Of a stretch of 64,000 nt of DNA, positions 30,601 through 37,398 are shown piece by piece; within the stretch, counting starts at the first letter, position 1; every line of letters starts with the position of its first letter. A program made the translations under genes and the position numbers. This DNA is from Clostridia bacterium (GTDB taxonomy: Bacteria; Bacillota; Clostridia; RGIG6154): assembly GCA_017409875.1 (NCBI GenBank), contig JAFQRW010000006.1, positions 49,717 to 113,716 on the forward strand, in the 5' to 3' direction. The notes beneath the pieces are model-generated. The model did no database searches. It was not told the DNA's origin and saw only the letters and a list, made by a program, of their open reading frames with translations.

Positions 30601-32577
30601 ATCGCAGTTCTTAATGATGATGCTTATGCAGACGTCAAGACAGATCTTATAGCTGATGTTTTAGCTGAAGTTTTACCTGATAGTGGTGCGGCTGCAGAGA
30701 ATAAGGCAGACATTGTATCAGAACTTATCGACCAGCTTGTAGGCCAGGTTAATCAAGATGACGGTCAGCCGGGTGGAATTAAAGACACAGTTATTTCGGT
30801 TGCGATTGATGCAGTTGTAAATGACAGCCACGTTAATGAAGAAGCAGTTGCTATTATCAACAAGCTTATTGACGAGTCACCTGAGGAAAATCCGGACGGA
30901 ACTCCTACATTTAAAGAAAAATGTATAACAAACATTATTACATACGTTCTTAATACTCCGACTGTAAAACAAGAGGTAATGCAAAAGGTTGTTTCAATGA
31001 TTGAAACTCCTTATAATCCTGAAATTCCGGGGGCCATTGATTATAAGGCAGAAGCTATTGAATTTGCCTTTAACTATCTTGGAACGCATCCGGTAAAACG
31101 CACAGAAATTGCAGGTAAGCTTCTTGATAGCATTTTAGATGAAGAGCCTGTTGATGGTGTTTATGTACAGCGCGAAAACCTTGCAAATGATGTAAAAACA
31201 GTTATGTTCGAGAGCAGTACAATAATCAGAAACAGAATTCTTGATGTTGGCTTTGAACAGATGTTTGCAGGGGATATAGAAGGATTTGTTTCACTTGCAC
31301 TTGATGAGCTTATCGGAGATGATGCCGTAAGACGTGAGATGATCATTGCGGTAATAAGCACAGAAAACGGCAGAAGAAGCATTTTGGATATCCTCTTTGA
31401 TGAACTTGAAAGAGATCCTACTTTCATTGACGATATGGTTGATATTGCAATGAAAGGCAAGTATGGCGATTTGGTAGCTGATTTTGTACATCAGGTTATC
31501 AATGAAGGAAGGTTTGAAATCAATCCTGATAACGTACAAATAGCTGACGAAATTGTTCTTCCAATGCTTGACAGCCTTACACTTGATACTGTTTTAGAAA
31601 GACTTCCTGAAAGAATTACTGATGTTTTACCAACATCAAAGATTGAAGGAATATTTAACAAATTTAAGACAAAAGCAAGAGAGCTTTTAGTTGAAGCTAT
31701 TAAAGAAGGTAAAGAGGGCAACTCCAAGTATATCAACATAATGATTGATCACGATATTGATGTGATTAATGACATTTTGGTTCCTGCATATAACAAGGTG
31801 TTCCCGAAAGTTGTTGATAAGGCAGAAGACTTCTACTATTACAATGAAAACGTTTACCTTAAAGCAATCGTTGATATGATTGACCCAACCGTCTTGCTCG
31901 ACAATTCTAAGCCGGCTTCAAGTGGCGGCACAGGCTACAGATTAAGAAGCACAGATGAGTATTATGTAATATTTAGAAACGTACTTACTTTGGCTGACGA
32001 TGCTGCAGACTGGTACTTAAATAATATTTCAGATGAGCAGATTAACGGTGCTATCGACAAGGTGGTAGGAAAAGTAAAAACATTGCTTACAAAACTTAAC
32101 AGCTTTGTTGGAAACAGAATTCCGGTATCTAAGATTGATACAGTTGAAAATTATACCAAGAAAATTCTCGATAAGAGAGAAAGAGCATATAATGTTTCAA
32201 CTGCAGGCGCATTTGAACGCTTTGACAATGCTTATGACAAATTTATCGGCTTTGTTAAAGAAAAAACGGGAGTTGACATTTCAAAATCTACAACAATCGA
32301 AGTTACATTCGACGGAAGCAGACTTGCTGTAAACGATAAGGATGTTAACATTGACAACTATGATATAAGCATCAGCGTTAAAGGCTATACCTTCAAACTG
32401 GATTCACACTCAATAACAGTTGCAGGTAAAACCGTTGATATCAGCAGATTTGTTCAAAAAGCAGCTGACATATTCGGAACAAGAAGTGTAACAGTTAAGA
32501 TTGCACAGGAAAATCCATATTCGTACGGCGCTTATGTGGGCAATAACTATATTAAATTGTCTGCTGAGTACAAGTAA
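18667..32577 (+). CDS. giant (4636 aa) SLH-anchored surface protein: 3 SLH, ~18 MucBP-like/InlB B-repeat pairs, cohesin-like domain, long acidic helical C-terminus
   Basis: signal peptide; SLH LTRAEMA/IIREEA/ITREEFA; alternating YxVEHYxQ...GF...LKLYYxRN and YTVTF...F.GWY...LYAxW modules. Confidence 0.88.
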   Translation: MKKCVKSLISMIIALTMLMPTALPVFADNSVPADSLYGFVDFPTGWSKTAMAHAVENGLIYGKTSERIYPHDNLTRAEMATIINRAFGSTVTKDISAFADVSQSQWYYNDIKKAYNMQTLYGDAGGTMRPDAFIIREEAIAIVARAMVLSGYAASNLDKFKDKADISDWAIDPLASMAACGYVNGDEKSNMNPKAFITREEFAQLLHNIIKHYYNEEDGITTFKGNVMVNKPFTSLSNLVINGDLILGDGVGTSTIVLKNVKVTGRILIRGATHISFENSNFEGGVTVKNVNDVVHFDHFSDEVHFNYMKDHTEVTFKKKTTGGGGTPPAPTPTTANYTVEHYQEALDGSFAVFETETLSGTVGLSVTAVAKTYEGFSEDTLNPSRVATGTVATGGTLVLKLYYTRNTYTVTFDFGSGATLTPGTQTSKTDKYGATVVLPTTGFSNGALNFGGWYTQPNGVGEQITQIVIGTSNTTIYAYWTSQNTYKVEHYQENIDGSYSIVDADTQILAADAGTNVTAVAKTYTGFYENTSHAQRVPSGIVLADNSLVLKLYYQRNTYTFTFNAAGGSISGTPKTVYKFGETLVLPTPTKGTDSFGGWWTLPNGTGTKIENTSVLGTDITSAAITVYAHWIPAAPTTGTFTVEHYQEDFYGNWMLYETDLEQTIAIGTVLKAQDYKNEYAGFTVDLANSPNVTVAAGNNTLAIYYTRNEYTVTYNFNDGVPATVHTVTLKYGQQVDLAYLPTVTVPGKFFAGWYNAPAGGTQYPSLWVPAENITIYAQWSDNPGYAIEYWLENADDDEYTCVIREVRNDVTEGQTATIPAEIFEHFTEIVHPQTNTSGVVTATPQLTLKRFYNRARYTITFDYQGADGGVIIPSKEYKHEQTIELPFPTKTGYMLEGWFTGINGTGEKIFDGSQITSGRTLYAYWVPAVVEFKVEHYKQELDGTYSATPSQTEIKEDYTGIEVDAVDHKLDFTGFIFDGSSPSVIVSGDGSTALKIYYIRETYTVSFDTGLGTAVSPVVYKYGQAFTEPGTTRPGYEVEGWYTTSTFDAATKVSAGDLAGTAFTSGTLYANWVALPSDFTVKHHKQNIDDDLYTEAETETKSALTDSTVSADTYKKQYTGFAVDLLSSVDKTVSADGSTVLNIYYLRNKHSITYNYENDVTAPLVVPDVKYDAQVNLAEPDTSLWPAGKYFTGWSLTLGGEAIVAYPMPDEDLNLYAVWGNNPPYQLQYLFENADDADYTVNPAYSTAKNDVVEGQSASIPELSTIPTGFEAYPTHGDTLLSGTVTETPQLVLKRFYKRLRFTVELNYNGADGNNTVLTQEYKYEQTENLPAPTKTGYIFAGWFTALDNTGILIADGSKITSGGTLYAKWTPDVVEFKVEHYKQNIDGTYPDSTTLTDTKNEYTETIVKPEDYDIAIEGFTFDATRNSGIAIAGNGTTVLKVYYTRNEYTVTYNYGEAGGSNTATLKYEANISLAPPTATVAGKYFAGWYDAPTGGLQITSLTMPVGGTTIYAYWSVNPSYTVKHYKQALDGTYPEDGAVIEYIQAGLNETVTATAKTFTGFSEDTSNPSRVPNGTNDGNLTLKLYYTRNQYTLTFEYNGATGNNTTLSQSYRFGETIALPTPTKGEQFAFGGWFTGQNGTGTQITNLSVLGTDVTNSNTTLYAKWIQKYAYTVKYLKQNVDGVSYTEVAADTKTFYGFDNEVVSITNDKTYEGFEYDTGSITSGVVSSVTPLVIELKFVRNSYNVNFDFGGATTSLPSSAPYKYEELVVLPTTGFTNGVKTFVGWFDAQTGGNKVTQITVPLGGTTVYARWADTYFTVKHLIENIDGTDYSQHGASRTEFIAAGEAVKPETYAILIDGFAFDTTRNDEITVSEDNTTVLNVYYTRNEYTVTYNYNESATPTIKTETFKYQQNVDLSAPIITVPNKFFAGWYDAPTGGLQITSLTMPVGGTTIYAQWSDNPGYAIEYWLENADNGDYTREVREVKNDVQEGQTATIPTRNFDYFNEITHPQTTISGTVSSTEELVLKRYYQRIRFSVDLEYNGATGGNTTLSQDYKYEQTENLPTPTKTGYEFAGWFTAPDDTGVLIADGSKMPLVDRLYAKWTPALVKIIVEHYKQKVETDDFDAPIVDNQQKAYTESTVSNKMTTYDGFSVDLNAAGTVNSATVLPDGTTVLKYYYTRNKYNVIYDYNNNEHPGTLVQTLKFEASVDLSVEPTFTVTNKFFAGWYNAATGGTQVTSLTVPVGGATLYAKWEDNPGYAYEYWLENIEDNNYTRVERTVYNDKTVGTYVGPIPTKTYDGFVENEAKAVLYGNVLQDGSLALKRFYDRKRYTVTFDYRGATAGITSKEYKYGQSAGLPAPSREFYDFKGWFTEVNGGGTKVESTDLAGVKFESGTLYAFWEFNWDGEVKFTANVTEQDSDNDEFSIIVDVSNNPVGIAKYDLSLSFDNTNVVAILQDGKVVTDLKADGGFGADVASITSNADGITTNDDAALLNTITVSWENATNKSGNANLFKIRFKIVGTKGDEDHEAPALMRFRMMRAISLIPGLESLPFTLEATTVAVKSDETDNNSYIELEKETEGDSLSPYMVEHYKENADNDGYTKVFTQYGHAVLGSVVWADLRNAYLTDGFTPDYVNSIDKAVVTESGAVLKLYYLRPRFTVTFDYQNATTVGIPSVSLKAGALVYNNLPSESTFSKTDYNFSGWYTEANGQGTKVDASYKSPFEDVTLYAYWTQTPYKVEHYLEELDGNFTFKETEEAQAKAGTLVTATAKSYLGFDAPAVMPSAVVAEDGSTVIKVNYTRKTYTINYNFGDGYADGSYEIEFKYGQSIELAKGKNDNGLVLGGWYTKANGQGIKITTTADIDDILTNLAGDTITLYANWVEEIANYTIEFYKQSIDVSNYYPQVMADTITLQGVVGSFVEVDPNDPAIKNKYVGFELNEAISFLKLKLEETGTRLRVYYDRNEYTLTLNFGEGATVDGSINKTPSVKYEATYTLPQPEDGFSNGNLIFVGWFDAPTGGNKVTEVTMGASDTEVYARWAEDVGVYTVEFYQQNLDGSDYTIVATDTQTGLAGTIGNTVSVDATTAEIKNKYEGFTINTSISKLSETLTKTGTVLKVYYDRNEYTLIYNYSEADKTGIASQTFKYGQTITFPEESTFEKSDYKFVGWYTTTNFADDELLDTSFAIEDVVDVANGDTEATIYVKWSEVFTVTFREGAKIGTYTVDPEVSSTVPYSAFPYDKLKERYKNGYFENASVSSVYAGNEYQHTFEGDWYYTDENGNDALFTDETVVDRDITVRYKFRYVRLELFVEKLSHNLVLEVPFEESTRVIDSIKDELFVNQEKILLLADEIDARQKFLALNLKLVDFLADKGLEIDPGQIFADDGEILKQHIKFNAFAYLNEESLKTVVVNAIRTTFKNDPLRMRGVIDEMMTEQDKDVVDLMDTVLVSMLSGDDAERIKGIIADAVETAVKYDENDTEEQRAEKDEFRQRIKGIIVSRLDTEADPEFEGQKVVTDSVKEAVYSYFMDETNDTNIRKTIIDLINDAYEADEDGEPANPEIRAFVKGYITDYFKSATGSAVFDNLILELGETLDADNPDDKPVIDLIHDVLAKDDRNENGLTYLEELVDRVIRDLHNLAEDEENTELYDFVVDAITEELMNDASELETLIRTIGDAEPADLKAVLATAMEDDGVFETVVKTAVSNSNVFADVINASVSDTDVFEIMVRQLCETETDFYNILVDIALSSTTLTNEVKNAVVNNDDALISVLKEVSTDDALKADIVDEILTAADAELKGKLTNPIDSSSEYYADVKAQALIQAKAEIVAGGITESSPLWADAVAQAETEITNLLATGIAEGSEYWNVAYNTAKSILRQEIETNFDSKLDEIKTDANLKAQVRTWVQGAINKPEVESAIKDLTNSLATSTDADDIALKASIIETVITTVKGAGFDTTGLASSITTELNKAENSTLKEKVAAKAIAVLNDDAYADVKTDLIADVLAEVLPDSGAAAENKADIVSELIDQLVGQVNQDDGQPGGIKDTVISVAIDAVVNDSHVNEEAVAIINKLIDESPEENPDGTPTFKEKCITNIITYVLNTPTVKQEVMQKVVSMIETPYNPEIPGAIDYKAEAIEFAFNYLGTHPVKRTEIAGKLLDSILDEEPVDGVYVQRENLANDVKTVMFESSTIIRNRILDVGFEQMFAGDIEGFVSLALDELIGDDAVRREMIIAVISTENGRRSILDILFDELERDPTFIDDMVDIAMKGKYGDLVADFVHQVINEGRFEINPDNVQIADEIVLPMLDSLTLDTVLERLPERITDVLPTSKIEGIFNKFKTKARELLVEAIKEGKEGNSKYINIMIDHDIDVINDILVPAYNKVFPKVVDKAEDFYYYNENVYLKAIVDMIDPTVLLDNSKPASSGGTGYRLRSTDEYYVIFRNVLTLADDAADWYLNNISDEQINGAIDKVVGKVKTLLTKLNSFVGNRIPVSKIDTVENYTKKILDKRERAYNVSTAGAFERFDNAYDKFIGFVKEKTGVDISKSTTIEVTFDGSRLAVNDKDVNIDNYDISISVKGYTFKLDSHSITVAGKTVDISRFVQKAADIFGTRSVTVKIAQENPYSYGAYVGNNYIKLSAEYK
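22996..24557 (+). repeat. exact internal nucleotide repeats in giant gene
   Basis: 84 bp identical at 23128-23211 and 24454-24537; 42 bp at 22996-23037 and 24316-24357; 33 bp at 20991-21023 and 24525-24557. Confidence 0.85.
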
Positions 32578-32586
32578 TAATTTATC

Positions 32587-32617
32587 AGCGGGTAAACTTA
32601 GAGTAAGTTTACCCGCT
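32587..32617 (+). other. intergenic 14-bp-stem hairpin without poly-U tail
   Basis: AGCGGGTAAACTTA-gag-TAAGTTTACCCGCT. Confidence 0.75.
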
Positions 32618-32643
32618 TGATTAAAAAAGAAAGGATGATACAT

Positions 32644-34218
32644 TTGAAAAAAGCATTATGTCTTGTTTTAACACTTATTTTATGCTTGTCTTCTGTGGCT
32701 GCGTTTGCGGATGTAGAAGGAAGTGTGCAAGGTGATATAATGCTCACTTCAACTGAGGGACAAGCTGTTTCTTCTGAAAAAGCAAATACAATTACATTCA
32801 GCGATATTGTAGCTGATTCTCAGCTTGGTGAAGCAGTGTACAAGCTTGTTGAAGCTAAAGTTATTGCAGGCTATCCTGATGGCACATTCAGACCGAATGC
32901 AGGACTTACAAGAGCTGAACTTTGCAAAATGATTAATCTTGTGTTTGATTTAAATGAAAAATCTGAAAATATGTCTTTTACAGATGTAACAAAAGATGAC
33001 TGGTATTATGATTATGTTTTGGTAGCAGTTAAAGCAGGTTACATCAAGGGCTTCCAGGATAACACTTTCAGAGGCGATGACCCTGTTACAAGAGAGCAGG
33101 CATGTGCTATCATCAACAGAGTAACAAAAGCAAAAGAAATAGACCTTTTCGACCTTCCGTTTACTGATAATATCACCGACGAAGTGTCTGACTGGGCATT
33201 AGAAGACGTTAAAAAGATAATTGCAAATTACATTATGCCTTTAGAAGCAGGCGGAAAATTCCGTGCGACAGAAAATATTACAAGAGCAGAGCTTGCACTT
33301 GCTTTAGAAAGCTTTGTTGTGATACTTCCTGAATATACTGTAACATTTAATTCAAACGGTGGCAGCGAAGTTGAAAGCCTTATCGTTAAAGAGGGCAAAA
33401 AAGCTACAAAGCCTGCCGATCCTACAAAAAAGGACTATAAATTTAAAGGTTGGTACACTGATAGCAAGCTTAAAACAGCTTATGATTTTGAAAGCATCAT
33501 TACAGCCGATATCACACTTTATGCTGCATGGACTGCAACTGCTACAGGTGGCGGAGGCGGTGGAGTTTATATTCCTCCGTCAACAGAAGACCCGGAACCT
33601 GCAACATATACAGTAACATTTAAATTCAACAATGGTGATGCTGATGCAACACAGACCGTTACACAGGGAAGCTTGCTTACAAAACCTGCAGACCCTACAA
33701 AGCAGTTTTATGTATTTGAAGATTGGTACACAGATTCAGGCTTAACCAATGCTTATGACTTTACCATTCCCGTAACAGACAAATTAACTCTTTATGCAGG
33801 ATGGGGACAAACACCGGAACTTAAAAATGAGCAAAGAATCTTTGATCTTGGTATATTTAAAACAGCATTGGAAACACAGTTGGCAGACGGATTATTTGCA
33901 CAAGACGAAAGTGATGCGTATGAAAGAATGGTAAACAACATACTTTCTACATTTGAAAGCGCTATATCAGCAGGACAGTCAGGTGCAACTATTGATGAAG
34001 ACTACATCAGAACGAATTATCAAAGCAATATGCTTCAGATTCAGGACATCTGGGAAAATGAGTTGTTTGTTGATACATTTGTTGATGAGAAGCGAGAGTT
34101 TAAAAATAATATTTTAGTAGTTTTAACAGTTGCACAGAGTAATGGTTATACAATGACAGTTGGTCAGACATATAATCTTTTTCAAGCTGTAATCGGCGAT
34201 TTTATAGATTGGGAATAA
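32644..34218 (+). CDS. SLH domain protein with two InlB B-repeats
   Basis: signal peptide; GYPDGTFRPNAGLTRAEL, FRGDDPVTREQ, ITRAEL; YTVTFNSNGG...FKGWY...TLYAAW x2; GGGGG linker. Confidence 0.88.
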   Translation: MKKALCLVLTLILCLSSVAAFADVEGSVQGDIMLTSTEGQAVSSEKANTITFSDIVADSQLGEAVYKLVEAKVIAGYPDGTFRPNAGLTRAELCKMINLVFDLNEKSENMSFTDVTKDDWYYDYVLVAVKAGYIKGFQDNTFRGDDPVTREQACAIINRVTKAKEIDLFDLPFTDNITDEVSDWALEDVKKIIANYIMPLEAGGKFRATENITRAELALALESFVVILPEYTVTFNSNGGSEVESLIVKEGKKATKPADPTKKDYKFKGWYTDSKLKTAYDFESIITADITLYAAWTATATGGGGGGVYIPPSTEDPEPATYTVTFKFNNGDADATQTVTQGSLLTKPADPTKQFYVFEDWYTDSGLTNAYDFTIPVTDKLTLYAGWGQTPELKNEQRIFDLGIFKTALETQLADGLFAQDESDAYERMVNNILSTFESAISAGQSGATIDEDYIRTNYQSNMLQIQDIWENELFVDTFVDEKREFKNNILVVLTVAQSNGYTMTVGQTYNLFQAVIGDFIDWE

Positions 34219-34223
34219 AAAAT

Positions 34224-34256
34224 AAAAGGTGAAAGCGAAAAGCTTTCACCTTTTTT
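34224..34256 (+). terminator. intrinsic terminator ending the surface locus
   Basis: AAAAGGTGAAAGC-gaaa-GCTTTCACCTTTTTT. Confidence 0.88.
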
Positions 34257-34282
34257 GTTGGGTAAAGTTTAACAAATATATA

Positions 34283-34311
34283 TTGACTTTGCGCTTTAAA
34301 TATTATATAAT
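34283..34311 (+). promoter_or_regulatory. sigmaA promoter of secDF
   Basis: TTGACT-N17-TATAAT. Confidence 0.78.
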
Positions 34312-34351
34312 AATTATACATGTGGACAAAGTTTTAAGGAGGAAAATAAGC

Positions 34352-35653
34352 ATGGGTAAAAGTTTTGCAAAGCTTTTGATTGCAGTGCTCTTAATTGCAG
34401 CTATTGTTTATGTTGCATTTTTTGATGTTACAATCGGAAGCTTCAAAAAACCGGGTGTTTTCAGCGATGAAAGTGGTATTGGCTCGGTTATTAAAGGATT
34501 GGATTTAACAGGCGGTTCTGTTATAACATTTGAAGCACAGACAGATTCTGTTACAACAGAGCAGATGTCAACTGTTATCAATATTATGAGAACACGTCTT
34601 GACAGCCTTGGATACACAGAGGCAACAGTTAGAAGTCAGGGCGATAAAAAGTTTGTTGTTGAAATGCCGGCTATTACAAATCCTGACCAGGCAGAAGCAC
34701 TTTTGGGAAGAACAGCTCAGCTTAAATTTGTTGATGCCGACGGTAATGAAGTTTTGGGTGGAACAGATGTTAAAAAGGCTGTAAAGATGTACGGACAGCT
34801 CTCACAGACAACAGCTGCTGAAAACTACGTTGAACTTCAGCTTAATGAAGAAGGCGTTCCGAAATTTGCTGCTGCTACAAAAGCTGCCGCAAATGCACAG
34901 CCTGATGAAAACGGAAACGCTAAAAACTATATTGCTATTATGCTTGACGAAGAAATAGTTTCTGCTCCGTCAGTAAGCGCTGAATATGCTGCTGAAGGTA
35001 TTAACTCTGATACTGCTGTTATTTCAGGCTCATTTACAGCTCAAGGCGCAGAAGAACTTGCAAGTATTATCAATGCAGGTCAGCTTCCGTTTGATTTAAA
35101 GGCAGTTTCTAAATCATCTGTTGGTGCAACACTTGGTGAAAGAGCTTTAGAGTCAAGCCTTTTTGGTGCATTAATCGGAATTATCATTATTTTATTGTTT
35201 ATGCTTATTGTTTACAGAGCAATGGGCTTGGCAGCAGATATTGCACTCGTTTGCTATATCGGCATTTTAATGCTTATTATGGGACTTTTAAGAGTTAACT
35301 TAACCCTTCCTGGTATTGCAGGTCTTATCCTTTCTATAGGTATGGCAGTTGATGCTAATGTTGTTATCTTTGAAAGAGTTAAAGAAGAATTAAAAGCAGG
35401 CAAAACAACAAAAGCTGCTGTTTCAGCAGGATTTAAAAGAGCATTTGCCGCAATTATTGACTCAAACGTAACAACACTTATTGCTGCAGTTGTTTTATAT
35501 GTTGTAGGTGCAGGTCTTATCAAAGGATTTGCTATTACATTGGGATTAGGTATTATTGTAAGTATGTTTACTGCAATATTTGTAACTAAGTTCTTGCTTA
35601 AACAGGTTGTTGGGCTTTTCGGCAAGAATCCTAAGTTATACTGCGGAAGATAA
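34352..35653 (+). CDS. secD: protein translocase subunit SecD
   Basis: GLDLTGG, GQLP, VGATLG, LTLPGIAGLILSIGMAVDANVVIFERVKEE, DSNVTT, KGFAITL. Confidence 0.96.
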   Translation: MGKSFAKLLIAVLLIAAIVYVAFFDVTIGSFKKPGVFSDESGIGSVIKGLDLTGGSVITFEAQTDSVTTEQMSTVINIMRTRLDSLGYTEATVRSQGDKKFVVEMPAITNPDQAEALLGRTAQLKFVDADGNEVLGGTDVKKAVKMYGQLSQTTAAENYVELQLNEEGVPKFAAATKAAANAQPDENGNAKNYIAIMLDEEIVSAPSVSAEYAAEGINSDTAVISGSFTAQGAEELASIINAGQLPFDLKAVSKSSVGATLGERALESSLFGALIGIIIILLFMLIVYRAMGLAADIALVCYIGILMLIMGLLRVNLTLPGIAGLILSIGMAVDANVVIFERVKEELKAGKTTKAAVSAGFKRAFAAIIDSNVTTLIAAVVLYVVGAGLIKGFAITLGLGIIVSMFTAIFVTKFLLKQVVGLFGKNPKLYCGR

Positions 35654-35666
35654 GGAGGCTGAAAAA

Positions 35667-36551
35667 ATGTTTAATATTGTAAAGAATAAAAAGATTTTCT
35701 ATATCATTTCAGCAATCGTTATCCTTGCAGGTATTGTTTCAATGTTTATCCAAGGGTTTAAAATGGACATTGATTTTGCTGGTGGTATTGAATGTACAGT
35801 AAGTGTTGGCGCTGCAGTTGACAGTGCTAAATCAAGTGAAATTGCAAGCATCGTTAAAGATGCAACAGGCGTTAACGCAACTGTTCAAAAAGCAGGTGAT
35901 AACGGCACACATGCAATTATCAAAATTTCAGATGAGCTTACAACTGAAAAAGAGCTTGCTATGAAAGCTGCTTTAAAAGAAAAGCTTGGAATTGGCGATG
36001 AAGCAATCACAAACTTTGAAGTTGTTTCGCCTACAGTAGGTAAAGAAATGCAGACAAGTGCTATTTTGGCGGTTGTTATTGCAGTAGCTTTAATGCTTGT
36101 TTACATTTCGGTAAGATTTGAATTTTTGTCAGGTTGTGCAGCAGTTTGCTCGCTTGTTCATGACGTCTTGGTTATGGTTTCATTCTACTCAATCTTCCAG
36201 ATTGCAGTAAACACAACATTCATTGCTGCAATCCTTACAATTTTGGGTTATTCAATCAATGCAACAATCGTACTTTTTGACAGAGTAAGAGAAAACCAGA
36301 AACTCACAAGAAAAGAAACATTTTCAAATATTGTTAATACCAGCGTATGGCAGACAATGATGCGTTCACTTAATACATCAATCACAACGCTTGCGACTAT
36401 TATTGTTTTGTTCTTTGTGGGAGTTAGCTCAATCAAAGAATTTGCACTTCCGATTACAATCGGTGTTGTAGCAGGATTTTATTCATCAGTATTCCTTTCA
36501 GGAAACTTGTGGATTTTCTTCAAAAAGCTTGCTAAGCATAAAAACATTTAA
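35667..36551 (+). CDS. secF: protein translocase subunit SecF
   Basis: IDFAGG, VSPTVGKE, RFE, LVHDV, LTILGYSINATIVLFDRVREN, RSLNTS. Confidence 0.96.
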   Translation: MFNIVKNKKIFYIISAIVILAGIVSMFIQGFKMDIDFAGGIECTVSVGAAVDSAKSSEIASIVKDATGVNATVQKAGDNGTHAIIKISDELTTEKELAMKAALKEKLGIGDEAITNFEVVSPTVGKEMQTSAILAVVIAVALMLVYISVRFEFLSGCAAVCSLVHDVLVMVSFYSIFQIAVNTTFIAAILTILGYSINATIVLFDRVRENQKLTRKETFSNIVNTSVWQTMMRSLNTSITTLATIIVLFFVGVSSIKEFALPITIGVVAGFYSSVFLSGNLWIFFKKLAKHKNI

Positions 36552-36564
36552 TTATAAAAAGCAG

Positions 36565-36599
36565 AGCACCTGGGGGATAACTTCCCCAGGTGCTTTTTT
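36565..36599 (+). terminator. intrinsic terminator after secF
   Basis: AGCACCTGGGG-gataactt-CCCCAGGTGCT-TTTTT. Confidence 0.88.
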
Positions 36600-36721
36600 A
36601 TTGTGAAACACAACAAGGTTCCGGGTACCAAACAACAATCTTTGATTGTGTTGTTGGGTGGGGTTCTTATTTTATGCTGAATATCTTCGGTAAGCGGATT
36701 GTATAATTATTCATAAATTTG

Positions 36722-36750
36722 TTTACTTTTTTGAATAAATGTGGTATACT
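36722..36750 (+). promoter_or_regulatory. sigmaA promoter of OLE RNA
   Basis: TTTACT-N17-TATACT with extended -10 TG, ~15 nt before the OLE 5' stem. Confidence 0.7.
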
Positions 36751-36765
36751 ATAGTTGTAAAATTA

Positions 36766-37367
36766 GGTGGTGCAGTATTCTAGTCAGATTTTTTCATTCC
36801 CAGGACGGGCCTAAAAATCCGTTGAAGGGCACATCGATGAAGTTTCTGGTGGCGGCTTTCGACGCCCAGTCGAGGGTTGGTGCTGGGAGTTAAGGATTAA
36901 GGGCGGTCGGCAATGGCATGCAGAATTCGACCCTTTTTCCGTGGAGACCTATACTTGTGCCGTATTGACCTGTGGTCTGTGAAGACCCGGGTTAAAAAGG
37001 TACGACTTAGGATTAAACCTGCGTTGCGGTCTTTTGGGCTGTGCGCAGAGTAGCCTGCCTTGAGCGGCTGTGGTGGATTGCAAGATCAGGTTTTGCTTGG
37101 TTGGCCGATCGAGCAGGACTATTGCTTCATGAAACCACATTTGCAAAAGAGGCTAAGATTGATTAAATCTGTTGAGGAAATCTCCTAGACTGTTGGAAAC
37201 AGATACATTAAGGATTGGAGTGCGGACTAAGTGGCAATCGGGTACAAGGTTGAGCAATCGCCTTGGCTGGTCTTTAAAGGGAAACCGCTCATATTGGCGA
37301 CGAGTGAGCAGACCGGCGGGAAAGCCAACCCGACCTAAGCCGTAAATTTTACTTTGTGTATTGCCCC
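36766..37367 (+). ncRNA. ole: OLE (ornate, large, extremophilic) RNA
   Basis: ~600-nt GC-rich ORF-less segment with OLE-like blocks GTGCAGTATTCTAGTCAG, GGGCCTAAAAATCCG, GGGCACATCGATGAAGTT, GACGCCCAG, GAGTAGCCTGCCTTGAG, GAGGAAA.CTCCTAGACTG, GACTAAGTGG, GGGAAACC, GACCTAAGCCG; 5' GGTGGTGCA can pair with 3' TGTATTGCC; followed by oapA-dxs-tlyA-nadK-argR-recN. Confidence 0.92.
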
Positions 37368-37398
37368 TATATTTACAATTATTCAGGAGATAGTAAAA

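Noticed and set aside
36949-37146. 65-aa minus-strand ORF
   Set aside because: Lies inside the OLE RNA; no coding features
36766-37367. Alternative identities: RNase P, tmRNA, group I/II intron, T-box
   Set aside because: Their hallmark motifs were not found; length, sequence blocks and oapA-dxs-tlyA context fit OLE
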